Under the pieces are notes generated by a model, which was not told where the DNA came from, did not search any database, and saw nothing but the letters and a program-made list of their open reading frames with translations. The translations under genes were made by a program, and so were the position numbers. This document shows positions 1 to 10,345 of a DNA stretch of 64,000 nt, piece by piece. Within the stretch, counting starts at the first letter, position 1, and every line of letters starts with the position of its first letter. Source of the DNA: Endomicrobium sp. (GTDB lineage Bacteria; Elusimicrobiota; Endomicrobiia; Endomicrobiales; Endomicrobiaceae). Location: the NCBI GenBank assembly GCA_031271205.1, contig JAISWG010000015.1, forward strand, positions 2,858 to 66,857. Direction: 5' to 3'.

Positions 1-163
1 AAGATTATCAAGTTATCTTTTGTGTTTTAATAATACTTTCCGTAGCCTAAATGTCTCACATATTTTGTCTAGATATATCTCTAATAGCCTTTCCAGCAAT
101 ATTTATTGATTAACAGAAATTTATTGAGTTTTTAAATTTTCAATGTTAAGTAAAAATATAAAA

Positions 164-246
164 TGTTGAGATCTGGATTAAACTTACATCCCCTCTGCTG
201 GGACAGACTTCGAAACCTGTATGTCTGCCATTTTCACCACTTCAGC
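164..246 (-). pseudogene. Degenerate class-II tRNA (tRNA-Leu-like) pseudogene
   Basis: Minus strand reads GCTGAAG-TG-GTGAAAATGGCAGACAT-A-CAGGT-TTCGAA-GTCTG-TCCCAGCAGAGGGGAT-GTAAGTTTAATCCAGA-TCTCAACA. Leu-type D-arm and long variable arm, but a 6-nt anticodon loop, broken T-arm and mismatched acceptor 3' strand. Confidence 0.7.
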
Positions 247-1770
247 TCTATGCGCAAAAATACATGACTAAAATCTATTTAACTTTCAGTTGTTTACTAG
301 CTTTCATCTTAAAATGTGCATTTTCTTATGCTACCTGACTTGTATTTCCAAGAATATCATGAAGCATAGTAAGTATACAAATACATATTATATAAATAAC
401 CAAAAAAACTCTACAAGGTATAAATTTTTAAAGTATTTGTTATTTGTTACTGTATAAGTGTTATAATATAAAAGTTGAGTTTGCTGTAAAAGGTACAATC
501 AAAATTTATAGTAAATTTTTGTGTTGTAATGTCTTTATTACTGAATAAATATAATATTTAGAGACTCAAGTAGAAAAATAACAGTTATAAATTTGAATAA
601 CATTAGTTAGTGTTAACAAGTCGGTTTTATGAGTTTCATAATCAAAAGTTTTGAACATTAAAAAAAGTAACTATCTAATTTGATAGTATTATACATTTTT
701 AAACTGTGGAGATCTTTTTTTCTACCAGGATAAATTGTTTGTCGTAATAGGTGTTTGTGTTTATAACTATCATCAGAAGTACATAAAGCCAAATTATAAA
801 TTGTTCATAATAATGTGTTTGTTTTAGAACGTGTATACACCTACTTGAAAATTGAACCGTACAAATATTTTTAAAATTTTGAAGCTTGGTTTTTAGTTGT
901 CTTGTATTAAATAGAACTGTTCTTTTTTTTGAGAAAAATAAAATAGAAATACAATATAAAAACATGACTGCTGTTGAAATTATATAAATGGTAAGGCTAT
1001 GCTAAGAAACTTGAAATGTCTGGCTTTTTGCTCTCTATCATCTAGCAATGTATTTAAAATCATATCAATATTTATTATATAATTTTTTTATTCGTCATTT
1101 TTTTGATTTTTTGTAATGAAAAAATATAAAATCTTTGTATAAGATAAAAGAATTTTATGACTGATTTTATGTATTTGAAACATATTTTTGTTTTGCGAAA
1201 TGATAGAAAAACTTAGATTGTATATTATTTTACTCTGAATATAAAAACAGAGATAAATACATCAATAAATATGTTTTATTGGTTCCAAAAATCCATTTAT
1301 AAAGTTGATTACTTATTTTTGTTTTACATTATCTATTTCCATACAGAAATAAAATATAACTTGACGTTGTGTTGTCCGGTTTTTTCGGGTGTTGGAATAG
1401 GTAAAATTATATTGCTACAAAATATATTATTAAAAAGTCATAGCAGATAATAGATTTAATGGAAGTGAGTGTTATATTAAAAATAAAAAACTTGCGATCA
1501 TATCATTCGGAAAAAACAGAATATTGGTGAATTTTCTAATAATTTGTAGATATATAAACAAAACCTTATCATTAAATCTGCAAAATTGTGAGAAAGATAG
1601 TTGTAATGGGCACTAATACTACTATTATATGTATATAATACTTGTGATGCATTTAGTATCAAATATTATTTCTGAAATCAAACGTGTTTGTGTTTTTGGA
1701 AAAAACAAAAATCAGCAAAAATTTTTCCGTTGACTCCAATAGGATGTAATAATATATAATAGGATAAATA

Positions 1771-4329
1771 ATGAAAAAGTGGATAAAAATTGTTCTAGTT
1801 CCTTTAGTTTTTTTTATTTTTATAGGAGCATTAGTTCTTTTACATAATCAATTAAAAAATTTTTGTTATGTTGATATTATAAATGCGTTAAAGGCAATCC
1901 CTGTTGTAAGAATTGCAATAGCATTGTTTTTGGCGTTGTCATACTATTTAGTTTTAGGCGGTTATGATATTATCGCATTTAGGTTTATTGATGCTGAGAT
2001 TCCAATAAAGTCTAAAGATATTATATTTACATGTTTTATAAGCAATGTTTTAGCTAATAATACTGGCTATTCTATGCTTTTTGGTGGATCTATAAGATAT
2101 AGACTTTATTCTTTGTACAACATTTCAATAATTAACGTTACAAAAGTGCTTCTATTTTCTTCAGCAACAATATGGCTCGGACTTTTAGCTGTAGGTGGGA
2201 TCATTTTTACTTTCGCACCTGTTTCGTTAGAGAATGTATTTAATTTAAATATTTCAACAAAAATAATCGGATTGTTTTGCGTAACTATTTTAGTTTTGTA
2301 TGTTTTATTAAGTATTTTCCATTCAAAACCGTATAAAATTTTTAAATGGACCACCATTTCTTTTCCAAACATAAAAATTGTAACGGCGCAGGTGTTGCTT
2401 GCTACAAGTGATTGGCTTATTGCTTCCATCACTCTTTTTGTACTTATGCCTGAAGGATACATATCATACTTTGTGCTGCTTAAAGTTTTTCTTGTATCAC
2501 AATTTCTTGTAATTATAAGCCAAGTGCCTGGCGGAATGGGTGTTTTTGAAACGTCAATAACTCTTTTAATGCCAAATTCTGCAAATAATCCTGGTGTTAT
2601 AAGTGCGCTTCTTATTTATAGAGCAGTATTTTATTTCTTTCCACTTTTAATAGCTCTTGTTATGTTAGGAGTTTTTGAAATTATTGTTTTTACTAAAAAG
2701 TTCAATAAAACGGCGAAAATTTTTGGAAAAACAGTTTCGTCACTTGTGGTTCAAGTTATAGCTATATGTTTTTTTTTTATGGGTATGATAACTATGTTTT
2801 CGACATCAACTCCGTTTAACGTTGATCAATTAAAGGTTATTATAAACTTACTCCCATCTTGGTTTGCAGATTTATCGCACTTCTTATTGAGCATTACGGC
2901 AATAGGTATTTTGTTTATATCTCGTGCTTTGCAGCTTAGAGTTAAAAAAGCATGGAGTATATCTTGTTGCTTGGTATCTTTTGCCATAGTTTTGATACTT
3001 ATTGTTGGAGAACCAGTTTTAGTTTTTATATGTTTTGTGTCTTTATTAGTTGTTTTATTGTTTTCGAAAAAATATTTTTATAGGGATATTCATATACTCA
3101 AAACAGATTTTAGTTTATGGTGGTTTTGTGCGTTTGGTGGAGTGTTTACACTGTCTATTTGGATAGGGTTTTTTATAAATAGACAAAACATTTTTTCTTG
3201 GATACATTTTAATGTGTTTTTTAGTAATCTTTTAAACACTAATGATGCTGCGAGGTTTTTAAGAGCAAGTTTTGGTGTTGGTGTTATAATACTAATAGTG
3301 GCTGTTAAACAGATACTTAAAAACTTTTTTAATAAGCCCGTGTTGTTTACAGAAAAAGATATAGAAGCAATAGCGCATTCTTCAGATTATGTTTACTCAA
3401 TGTATGCTTTGGCTTCGGATAAGGAATTTATAGTAAATGTCGAAAAAGATGCGTTTATAATGTATGCTAAGTCAAAAGACAATTGGATTGTTTTGGGAGA
3501 TCCTATCGGAAGAAATTTTAGCAGAAATGAGCTTCTATGGAAGTTTAAAGAGATTGCTGACAAGGCTACAGTTAAGCTTGTATTTGTTGCTATAGATGAA
3601 AAGTATGCGCAAATTTATGATGATATTGGGCTTGATATTTTTGACATGGGGCAGGAAGCAAGAGTAGAGTTGAAAAAATTTAATATATATAATAGAGAAA
3701 ATTTTAAAAGTTTCTATGATTTGGAAAAAAAGATAGAAAAGTCGGGGATTACTTATAAGTTTTTAGGTGCGGATATGTTTAATAGATATAAAGCTGAATT
3801 TGCAGAGATAAATAAGCAGTGGGTAACAGATAAGCATTATTTTGAAATGAACTTTATTCCAGGGAAGTATGATGAAAGTTATATGCAGTATATGGACTTT
3901 AGTGTTTTAGTAAAAAATGAAAAGGTTTACGCTTTTTCAATTTTTTCAAAAACAGACAATAAACATGAAATATCTTCAGCTATAGTGAGATATATGGAGA
4001 GTGAATATGATTTGTTTTCATATATAATATTTAAAAATGTTATATATGCTAAAGATGATAGGTATGAATGGTTTAATTTAGGGCTTGCTTATTTTGATAG
4101 GACTGATAACAGTGAAGACTCAGCAAAATGTTTCGCAAAGATGTTTATGTTTGCTGAACATTTTAAATATGATATTGCATTTTTAAGAGAGTTTAAGAAT
4201 AAATTTTTTCCTATTTGGCGCAATAAATATGTAGCTATACATTCAGACAAATATATTGTTTCATTTATTAAAAATTTTACAGCTCTTATTTCTCCTAAAA
4301 AAAGTATTGACAGAAAAAGTTTTTTTTAG
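1771..4329 (+). CDS. mprF: Bifunctional aminoacyl-phosphatidylglycerol flippase/synthase MprF
   Basis: 852 aa. Multi-TM N-terminus with RYRLYS, PGGMGVFE and LIYRAVFY motifs. C-terminal synthase domain with WIVLGDPIG, GQEARVEL and FKNKFFPIW. Confidence 0.9.
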   Translation: MKKWIKIVLVPLVFFIFIGALVLLHNQLKNFCYVDIINALKAIPVVRIAIALFLALSYYLVLGGYDIIAFRFIDAEIPIKSKDIIFTCFISNVLANNTGYSMLFGGSIRYRLYSLYNISIINVTKVLLFSSATIWLGLLAVGGIIFTFAPVSLENVFNLNISTKIIGLFCVTILVLYVLLSIFHSKPYKIFKWTTISFPNIKIVTAQVLLATSDWLIASITLFVLMPEGYISYFVLLKVFLVSQFLVIISQVPGGMGVFETSITLLMPNSANNPGVISALLIYRAVFYFFPLLIALVMLGVFEIIVFTKKFNKTAKIFGKTVSSLVVQVIAICFFFMGMITMFSTSTPFNVDQLKVIINLLPSWFADLSHFLLSITAIGILFISRALQLRVKKAWSISCCLVSFAIVLILIVGEPVLVFICFVSLLVVLLFSKKYFYRDIHILKTDFSLWWFCAFGGVFTLSIWIGFFINRQNIFSWIHFNVFFSNLLNTNDAARFLRASFGVGVIILIVAVKQILKNFFNKPVLFTEKDIEAIAHSSDYVYSMYALASDKEFIVNVEKDAFIMYAKSKDNWIVLGDPIGRNFSRNELLWKFKEIADKATVKLVFVAIDEKYAQIYDDIGLDIFDMGQEARVELKKFNIYNRENFKSFYDLEKKIEKSGITYKFLGADMFNRYKAEFAEINKQWVTDKHYFEMNFIPGKYDESYMQYMDFSVLVKNEKVYAFSIFSKTDNKHEISSAIVRYMESEYDLFSYIIFKNVIYAKDDRYEWFNLGLAYFDRTDNSEDSAKCFAKMFMFAEHFKYDIAFLREFKNKFFPIWRNKYVAIHSDKYIVSFIKNFTALISPKKSIDRKSFF

Positions 4330-4344
4330 AAGGTTTTTTAGAAG

Positions 4345-5331
4345 ATGAAGACGTGGGATGTTTTCTATCAAAATATTGTTCAAACTGGTTTAGTAAAATT
4401 CAAAGATAAAATTATACTTGCTGTTTCTGGTGGACAAGATTCTATTTGTATGCTTCATATGTTTTGGCGTTTGGCAAAAAAAATACAGATAGAACTTTTA
4501 ATAGTAAACTTCAATCACAATTTAAGAAAAGAGTCGACTAAAGAGGCTCGAATAGTCAAAAATTTGTCAAACAAATTTGGGATTGATTGTATTTTAGAAA
4601 ACATTGATGTAAAAAAATATTCTAAAAAAGAATCTATATCTATTGAAACAGCTGGACGAAATTTAAGATATTTGTTGCTTGAAAGTATAGCTAAAAAATA
4701 TAGATGTAATAAAATTTCCACTGCTCATAACGCCAATGATAATGCCGAGACTGTTTTAATGTGGCTTTTAAGGGGAAGTGGAAATTTTGTAGGGATACCT
4801 CAGGAGAGAAATATAGATAAAAAGCTTAGTGTTATAAGACCGTTGCTTCCTATTAAAAGAAAATTGATTGAAGATTATATAACTATTCATAAATTACCTT
4901 TTTGTACAGATAAATCTAATTTTTCTGATGTTTATACGCGCAATAAGATAAGACTTTCTATTATTCCTTTGTGTGAAAAGATAAATACTATGGCTGTTGA
5001 GCATATCTTTAATTTAAGCCGTATACATGCTATGGAAAATACTTATCTAGAAGAAATTGTCATTAAATGTTTAAAAAAATGCGTAAAATTTAGCAAAAGA
5101 CAAATTTTACTTGATTTATCAACGTTTTTGCAGTATAATAAGGCAGTTCAATACAGAATTTTGAAGAATATTTTGCCTCAAAAAAAGTACAACTCTTATA
5201 TCAATTTAATAATGTATAAAATTTTATCGTCAGACTTATCAATTTATAAAATATCGGATGATTGGAGTTTCTGTGTTAAACCAAACAATAAAGCGTATTT
5301 TTTTATAAAAGGTAAAGAAAATGGCAGATAA
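4345..5331 (+). CDS. tilS: tRNA(Ile)-lysidine synthetase
   Basis: AVSGGQDS PP-loop, HNLR, TAHNANDNAET, RNKIR; tilS-hpt-ftsH context. Confidence 0.95.
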   Translation: MKTWDVFYQNIVQTGLVKFKDKIILAVSGGQDSICMLHMFWRLAKKIQIELLIVNFNHNLRKESTKEARIVKNLSNKFGIDCILENIDVKKYSKKESISIETAGRNLRYLLLESIAKKYRCNKISTAHNANDNAETVLMWLLRGSGNFVGIPQERNIDKKLSVIRPLLPIKRKLIEDYITIHKLPFCTDKSNFSDVYTRNKIRLSIIPLCEKINTMAVEHIFNLSRIHAMENTYLEEIVIKCLKKCVKFSKRQILLDLSTFLQYNKAVQYRILKNILPQKKYNSYINLIMYKILSSDLSIYKISDDWSFCVKPNNKAYFFIKGKENGR

Positions 5332-5829
5332 GCAACAACGTAGCTATAGAATATAATATTGATGTTTTGATTTAGCCACAAAAAGATATTTGTGAAAAAG
5401 TTTTTGGAAGTAGGAGCACAAATATCTAAGATTATGCGGGAAAAATGTTCTTATTTGATGTGTAGTTTAGACTTAGAATGCAGAGTTGATTTTTATTTCT
5501 GTTAGATTTTTGTATAGGCACACAAACACAGGTAAAAGTAAAAGTAGTTTAGATATCAAAAAATACTATAGGTAAAGATGTTGTCATAATTGAATATATC
5601 GTTGACAGAGTTTTTACTTTAGGTTTCTTGATAAAAGAAGTATCTTTGAAAAATCCTAAAGCATAAAGACCTGTGTTTTTAGATAAAAAATGTGCTAGAG
5701 AAAAAGAAGTTGTTGTTGATTATAATTGTTTTGAAATAGGAAATGATTTTGTAGTAAGTTATGGATTGTGGACTGCAATGGGTTTTTAGACACTTACCCT
5801 ATGTTGGTAAAATAAAGGAGTCGATTTGA
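5321..5829 (+). pseudogene. hpt: Hypoxanthine phosphoribosyltransferase pseudogene
   Basis: Fragments GKDVVIIEYIVDRVFTL (PRPP loop, consensus EDIVDTGxTL; 5571-5621), DYNCFEIGNDFVVSYGL (from 5718) and FRHLPYVG, with multiple frameshifts and stops. Stop overlaps the ftsH ATG. Confidence 0.9.
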
Positions 5830-7706
5830 TGAAGAAAAAAAGCCTGTGGCATATACTTTTTTGGGTAACTCTTTTCATAATTATATTTATGCTTATGAAT
5901 TCTGCAGGGAAAAAAGGTCTAGAGACAGAACTTGAATATTCTCAGTTTAAGCAGTATATAAGAGCAGGCAGTGTATCTAAAGTTATAGTTGGGCAGGATT
6001 TTATAAAAGGTCAATTTAGAGATTTAGATGGAGTTTTAAAGAACTTTAGAACTATTCCAATGAATGACCCAAACCTGATAAAGGACATGGAAGAAAATAA
6101 AGTTCTTGAATTTTCTTCTGTTGAAAAAGGCAGTTGGTTTAGTTCTTTGTTAGCAGGCTGTTTGCCTATGATTCTTTTCCTTTTTGTGTGGTTTTTTCTT
6201 ATGAGAGGAATGATGATGAGTGGTGGCAAAAATGCTATGTCTTTTGGTAAAACAAAAGCAAAACTTGCAGGAAATAATGCTGCTAAAAAAGTTATGTTTA
6301 AAGATGTTGCTGGTTGCAATGAGGCAAAAGAGGAATTACAAGAAATAATAGAGTTTTTAAAAGATCCGGCTAAATTTCAAAAATTGGGTGGAAAGATTCC
6401 AAAGGGAGTTCTTCTTTTTGGGTCTCCTGGGACAGGAAAGACTTTGCTTGCTAAAGCTGTTGCTGGTGAAGCAGGAGTTCTTTTCTTTTCTTCAAGCGGC
6501 TCGGAATTTGTTGAAATGTTTGTGGGTGTTGGTGCTTCAAGAGTAAGAGATTTATTTGATCAAGGTAGAAAGTCTGCCCCATGCTTATTGTTTATAGATG
6601 AAATAGATGCTGTTGGTAGGCATAGATTTGCAGGTATCGGTGGAGGTCACGACGAAAGAGAACAAACCTTAAATCAGTTACTTGTTGAGATGGATGGTTT
6701 TGATACAAAAGAAGGTGTTATTTTAATTGCTGCAACAAATAGGCCTGATGTGTTGGATCCTGCTCTTTTAAGATCGGGAAGATTTGACAGACAGGTTGTA
6801 GTTCCAAGTCCGGATTTAAAAGATAGAGAAGAGATCCTTGCGGTGCATGCCCAAAAAGTTAAGCTGGATAAAAATGTGGATTTAAATGTTATAGCCAGAA
6901 GAACTTCTGGATTTGTTGGTGCGGATTTAGCAAACCTCATAAATGAGGCGACATTGCTTGCCGCTAGAAATAATCAAAAAGCTGTAAATATGAAAAATAT
7001 GGAAGAAGCTATAGATAGAATTCTTGCTGGGCCTCAGAGAAAGTCTCGTATTATGTCTGAAAAAGAGAAAAAAATTATAGCTTATCATGAAGCAGGACAC
7101 ACTATAGTTGCAAAATTGCTTCCTACAACAGATCCTGTTCATAAAGTTTCTATAGTGCCTAGAGGTCCAGCGCTTGGTTATACTCTTCAGCTTCCGGAAG
7201 AAGACAAATATCTAACTTCAAAATCTGAACTTTTAGATAGATTGACAATACTCTTTGGTGGACGCGTTGCTGAAGAAGTGATATTTTCAGAGATTACAAC
7301 TGGAGCTCAGAACGATATTTCAAAGGCTACAGAAATTGTAACAAGAATGGTTATGGAATTTGGTATGAGTGAGAAAATAGGTCCAATGGCTTTACAAAAA
7401 CCCAACGAAGAAGTTTTTCTTGGAAGAGATATTTCAAGAGAAGTAAGACATTCTGGTAAAACTTCGGAACTTATAGATGAAGAAATTAAGAAAATTATAT
7501 GTGGAGCTAAATCTAAAGCAATGAAACTTATTGAAGATAATTTAGCAACGCTTGATAGGCTTGTGAAGTATCTTTTAGAGAGAGAAAATCTTAACGGTGA
7601 AGAAGTTGATAAAATAATGAAAGGCGAAGAGTTGTCTACCGTGGTGGAAAATGTGCCAGAAGAGGACAGAAAAGAAGTTGCAATTGAAAAAGAGGTTATA
7701 AAATAA
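5829..7706 (+). CDS. ftsH: ATP-dependent zinc metalloprotease FtsH (ATG 5829; TTG 5826 also possible)
   Basis: Two TM segments, Walker A GSPGTGKT, pore motif FVGVG, SRH ATNRPD, HEAGH zinc motif. Confidence 0.98.
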   Translation: MKKKSLWHILFWVTLFIIIFMLMNSAGKKGLETELEYSQFKQYIRAGSVSKVIVGQDFIKGQFRDLDGVLKNFRTIPMNDPNLIKDMEENKVLEFSSVEKGSWFSSLLAGCLPMILFLFVWFFLMRGMMMSGGKNAMSFGKTKAKLAGNNAAKKVMFKDVAGCNEAKEELQEIIEFLKDPAKFQKLGGKIPKGVLLFGSPGTGKTLLAKAVAGEAGVLFFSSSGSEFVEMFVGVGASRVRDLFDQGRKSAPCLLFIDEIDAVGRHRFAGIGGGHDEREQTLNQLLVEMDGFDTKEGVILIAATNRPDVLDPALLRSGRFDRQVVVPSPDLKDREEILAVHAQKVKLDKNVDLNVIARRTSGFVGADLANLINEATLLAARNNQKAVNMKNMEEAIDRILAGPQRKSRIMSEKEKKIIAYHEAGHTIVAKLLPTTDPVHKVSIVPRGPALGYTLQLPEEDKYLTSKSELLDRLTILFGGRVAEEVIFSEITTGAQNDISKATEIVTRMVMEFGMSEKIGPMALQKPNEEVFLGRDISREVRHSGKTSELIDEEIKKIICGAKSKAMKLIEDNLATLDRLVKYLLERENLNGEEVDKIMKGEELSTVVENVPEEDRKEVAIEKEVIK

Positions 7707-7717
7707 AAAAATGACGG

Positions 7718-8314
7718 TTGAACAACAGAAAAGTGAAAAAATTTAATTTTGATAAAAAAAAAGCTCAAAAAGCTATAAGGCTTTTGCTTGAATCTTTTGG
7801 AGAGGATTTAGAAAGAGAAGGTCTTAGCCGTACACCTGAAAGAGTTGCTGAATTCTATAAAGAAGCTTTATTAGGAAATGAAGTTGATCCTTTAGGACTT
7901 GTTATCTCTCCTATCCACTATACTGCGGAAGCGCATGAAGAGTTAATACTTGTTAAAGATATTCAGTTTTATTCTTTATGTGAACACCATTTGCTTCCTT
8001 TTTTTGGCAAAGCTTGTGTAGCATATATGCCTCAAAAAGATAAAATAGTAGGTGTATCAAAACTTGTAAGGCTTGTAGAAGTTTTTGCTAATAGACTTCA
8101 GTTGCAGGAAAGTCTTACAAAACAAATTGCTGATACTATAATGAAATCAATTGAACCTCATGGAGTCATTGTTGTCATTGAAGCCGAACATTTGTGTACG
8201 ACAATGAGAGGTGTTAAAAAACATGGAGCTAAAATGCTTACTTCAGCTATGATGGGGATATTTTTAAAAGATGCGAGAGCTAGATCTGAAGTTATGTCTC
8301 TTTTGGGAAGATAA
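7718..8314 (+). CDS. folE: GTP cyclohydrolase I
   Basis: TPERVA, SLCEHHLLPF, RLQLQE, HLCTTMRG. Confidence 0.97.
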   Translation: MNNRKVKKFNFDKKKAQKAIRLLLESFGEDLEREGLSRTPERVAEFYKEALLGNEVDPLGLVISPIHYTAEAHEELILVKDIQFYSLCEHHLLPFFGKACVAYMPQKDKIVGVSKLVRLVEVFANRLQLQESLTKQIADTIMKSIEPHGVIVVIEAEHLCTTMRGVKKHGAKMLTSAMMGIFLKDARARSEVMSLLGR

Positions 8315-8316
8315 AA

Positions 8317-9483
8317 TTGATAATAAGAAAAGCTGTGATAAATAATTTCAATGATGTTTTAAAACTTGTAAAAAATACAGGTTGCAACTCTGCAGTTTAT
8401 GAATCTTTGACAAACAAAGGCATGCTTGAACCTATAATTATAGAGAAGATAGATAATAGAGCAGCAAATATTTTAAAACAAGAGGCTATTTCTGTAGGTG
8501 CTGATGTGGCTTTGAATGAAAATATTAGCAGGTTTAAACAGGGGTTTTCAGATGTAGTATTATTTGCAACTCTGTTTCAATTTGATAGACTTGTCTCCAA
8601 GCTTAGTTTGCAACCTTTTGGATTAAAACAGATTGGCAGTGACTTAAAAAGAATGATAATTAAAAGAAAAGTTTTTAAATATAGAAACAAATCCTTAGAT
8701 TTGTCAAAACCTGTTGTTATGGGTATAATTAACTTAGATCCTAATTCTTTTTCTGGAGATGGGTTAACGGATTCTAATAAAGCTTTAGAACAAGCCATTG
8801 AGTTTGAAAGGGTTGGTGCTGGTATTATAGATATAGGCGCGGAATCTTCAAGACCAGGCGTAAAACCTGTTGACTCAGAAACTGAAATTAAAAGATTGTT
8901 GCCTGTTTTAAAACGAATAAGAAAGCATATTAAAATCCCCATTTCTATAGATACTTATAAATATGAGACAGCAAAAATTGCGTTGTTAGAAGGAGCTGAT
9001 ATAATAAATGATATTTTTTCTTTAAGAAAAGGTAAAGATAAACTAGCTAAACTCATTGCTGACCATAAAGCTGGGTTGATTCTTATGCATATGAAAGGAA
9101 CACCAAAGAATATGCAGGTTAAACCTGAATATAAAAATTGTACTTCCGAAGTTTATGAATTTCTTTGTAATAGAAAGTCTTATGCTATGGGTTTTGGAAT
9201 AAAAGAAGATTATATTGCTGTAGATCCAGGACCAGGATTTGGAAAGACAGTTAAACACAATATAGAACTAGTAAAAAATATGAATGTTTTTTCTAGTCTT
9301 GGTGCGGTACTTGGTGCAGTTTCGCGAAAACAGTTTATCAGAACTTTGGTTGGTGAAGATAAAGCATCATTTATAACTGCCAACTTTCTTTTGGCGTTTT
9401 GTGGGGCTGATATTGTAAGAGTTCATGATGTTAAAGAAACTGTCAATATTTTTAAAATAATAGAAACTTTTAGAGGGATATAA
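8317..9483 (+). CDS. folP: Dihydropteroate synthase with ~120-aa N-terminal extension
   Basis: MGIIN, IDIGAESSRPG, ISIDTY, LMHM, DPGPGFGK, SRK, RVHDV. Confidence 0.93.
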   Translation: MIIRKAVINNFNDVLKLVKNTGCNSAVYESLTNKGMLEPIIIEKIDNRAANILKQEAISVGADVALNENISRFKQGFSDVVLFATLFQFDRLVSKLSLQPFGLKQIGSDLKRMIIKRKVFKYRNKSLDLSKPVVMGIINLDPNSFSGDGLTDSNKALEQAIEFERVGAGIIDIGAESSRPGVKPVDSETEIKRLLPVLKRIRKHIKIPISIDTYKYETAKIALLEGADIINDIFSLRKGKDKLAKLIADHKAGLILMHMKGTPKNMQVKPEYKNCTSEVYEFLCNRKSYAMGFGIKEDYIAVDPGPGFGKTVKHNIELVKNMNVFSSLGAVLGAVSRKQFIRTLVGEDKASFITANFLLAFCGADIVRVHDVKETVNIFKIIETFRGI

Positions 9484-10250
9484 TGGAAATGTTTGCTGTT
9501 TTTTACAACTTGTATATCTCAAATATTTTGGATATATTAATTCTTATGTTAATATTCTATAGGATAATTCTTGTAGTACAAGGCACAAGAGCAATACAAA
9601 TATTTATAGGCATATTATTCATCTTAGGTCTTACTGTTATTTCGAGAGATATTTTGCATTTAAAAGCTTTGCCATGGCTTTTAGACAATTTTTGGCTTGT
9701 GGCAGTTGTAATATTTGCTGTGATATTTCAGATGGAAATACGTAATTTTTTGGCTCAAGTAGGTAGTTATCTATGGGTGTCGAAATCAAAAATAAAGGAT
9801 TCTTATGTAACTGAAATAATTGATGCTGTTGAAGATTTAAGTGCTTCAATGTCGGGGGGACTTATCGCTATAGAAAATGAAATTGGCTTGAAGAATTTTA
9901 CAAAGACTGGAGTGTTGCTTAATGCAGATATTTCCAGAGAACTTCTTCTTTCAATTTTCAAGAATAAATCCGCTCCTTTGCATGATGGTGCAATTATAGT
10001 TTCTAATGCTAGAATAATATCTGCAGGTTGTGTTCTTCCTTTAAGTCATGACACGAATATAAAATTGTTTGGGACAAGACACAGAGCTGCTCTTGGATTA
10101 AGTGAAGTGACAGACGCTGTTGTTGTTATTGTTTCAGAGGAAACAGGACGAATTTCTGTGGCTTATGATGGTAAGTTGTGTGGTAATATATCTCTCTCAA
10201 AACTTCGAGAGATAATTAATACAAATGGCGAGGTCTTGAGAACAAAATGA
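9483..10250 (+). CDS. cdaA: Diadenylate cyclase CdaA/DacA
   Basis: Three N-terminal TM helices; PLHDGA and GTRHRAA DAC motifs; VSEETG. Confidence 0.96.
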   Translation: MEMFAVFYNLYISNILDILILMLIFYRIILVVQGTRAIQIFIGILFILGLTVISRDILHLKALPWLLDNFWLVAVVIFAVIFQMEIRNFLAQVGSYLWVSKSKIKDSYVTEIIDAVEDLSASMSGGLIAIENEIGLKNFTKTGVLLNADISRELLLSIFKNKSAPLHDGAIIVSNARIISAGCVLPLSHDTNIKLFGTRHRAALGLSEVTDAVVVIVSEETGRISVAYDGKLCGNISLSKLREIINTNGEVLRTK

Positions 10251-10345
10251 CAAAATTATTTGCTAAAATCAAGAAAAGATGGCAACTGAAGGTTTTTGCT
10301 TTTATTCTTGCTCTTTTTGTATGGTTATATGCGAGACACATGTAA
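10247..10345 (+). CDS. 32-aa membrane peptide resembling the CdaR/YbbR N-terminal anchor (not in the ORF track)
   Basis: MTKLFAKIKKRWQLKVFAFILALFVWLYARHM*. ATGA overlap with the cdaA stop, and its stop abuts the glmM ATG. W-x-LK...LA...W pattern at the cdaR position. Confidence 0.7.
   Translation: MTKLFAKIKKRWQLKVFAFILALFVWLYARHM

Noticed and set aside
699-965. Short ORF-track calls in spacers (699-965, 20008-20256, 24738-24932, 32722-32919, 59131-59325) and antisense or overlapping ORFs inside genes and tRNAs
   Set aside because: No motifs or RBS and low-complexity composition; they are shadows of real genes or chance frames.
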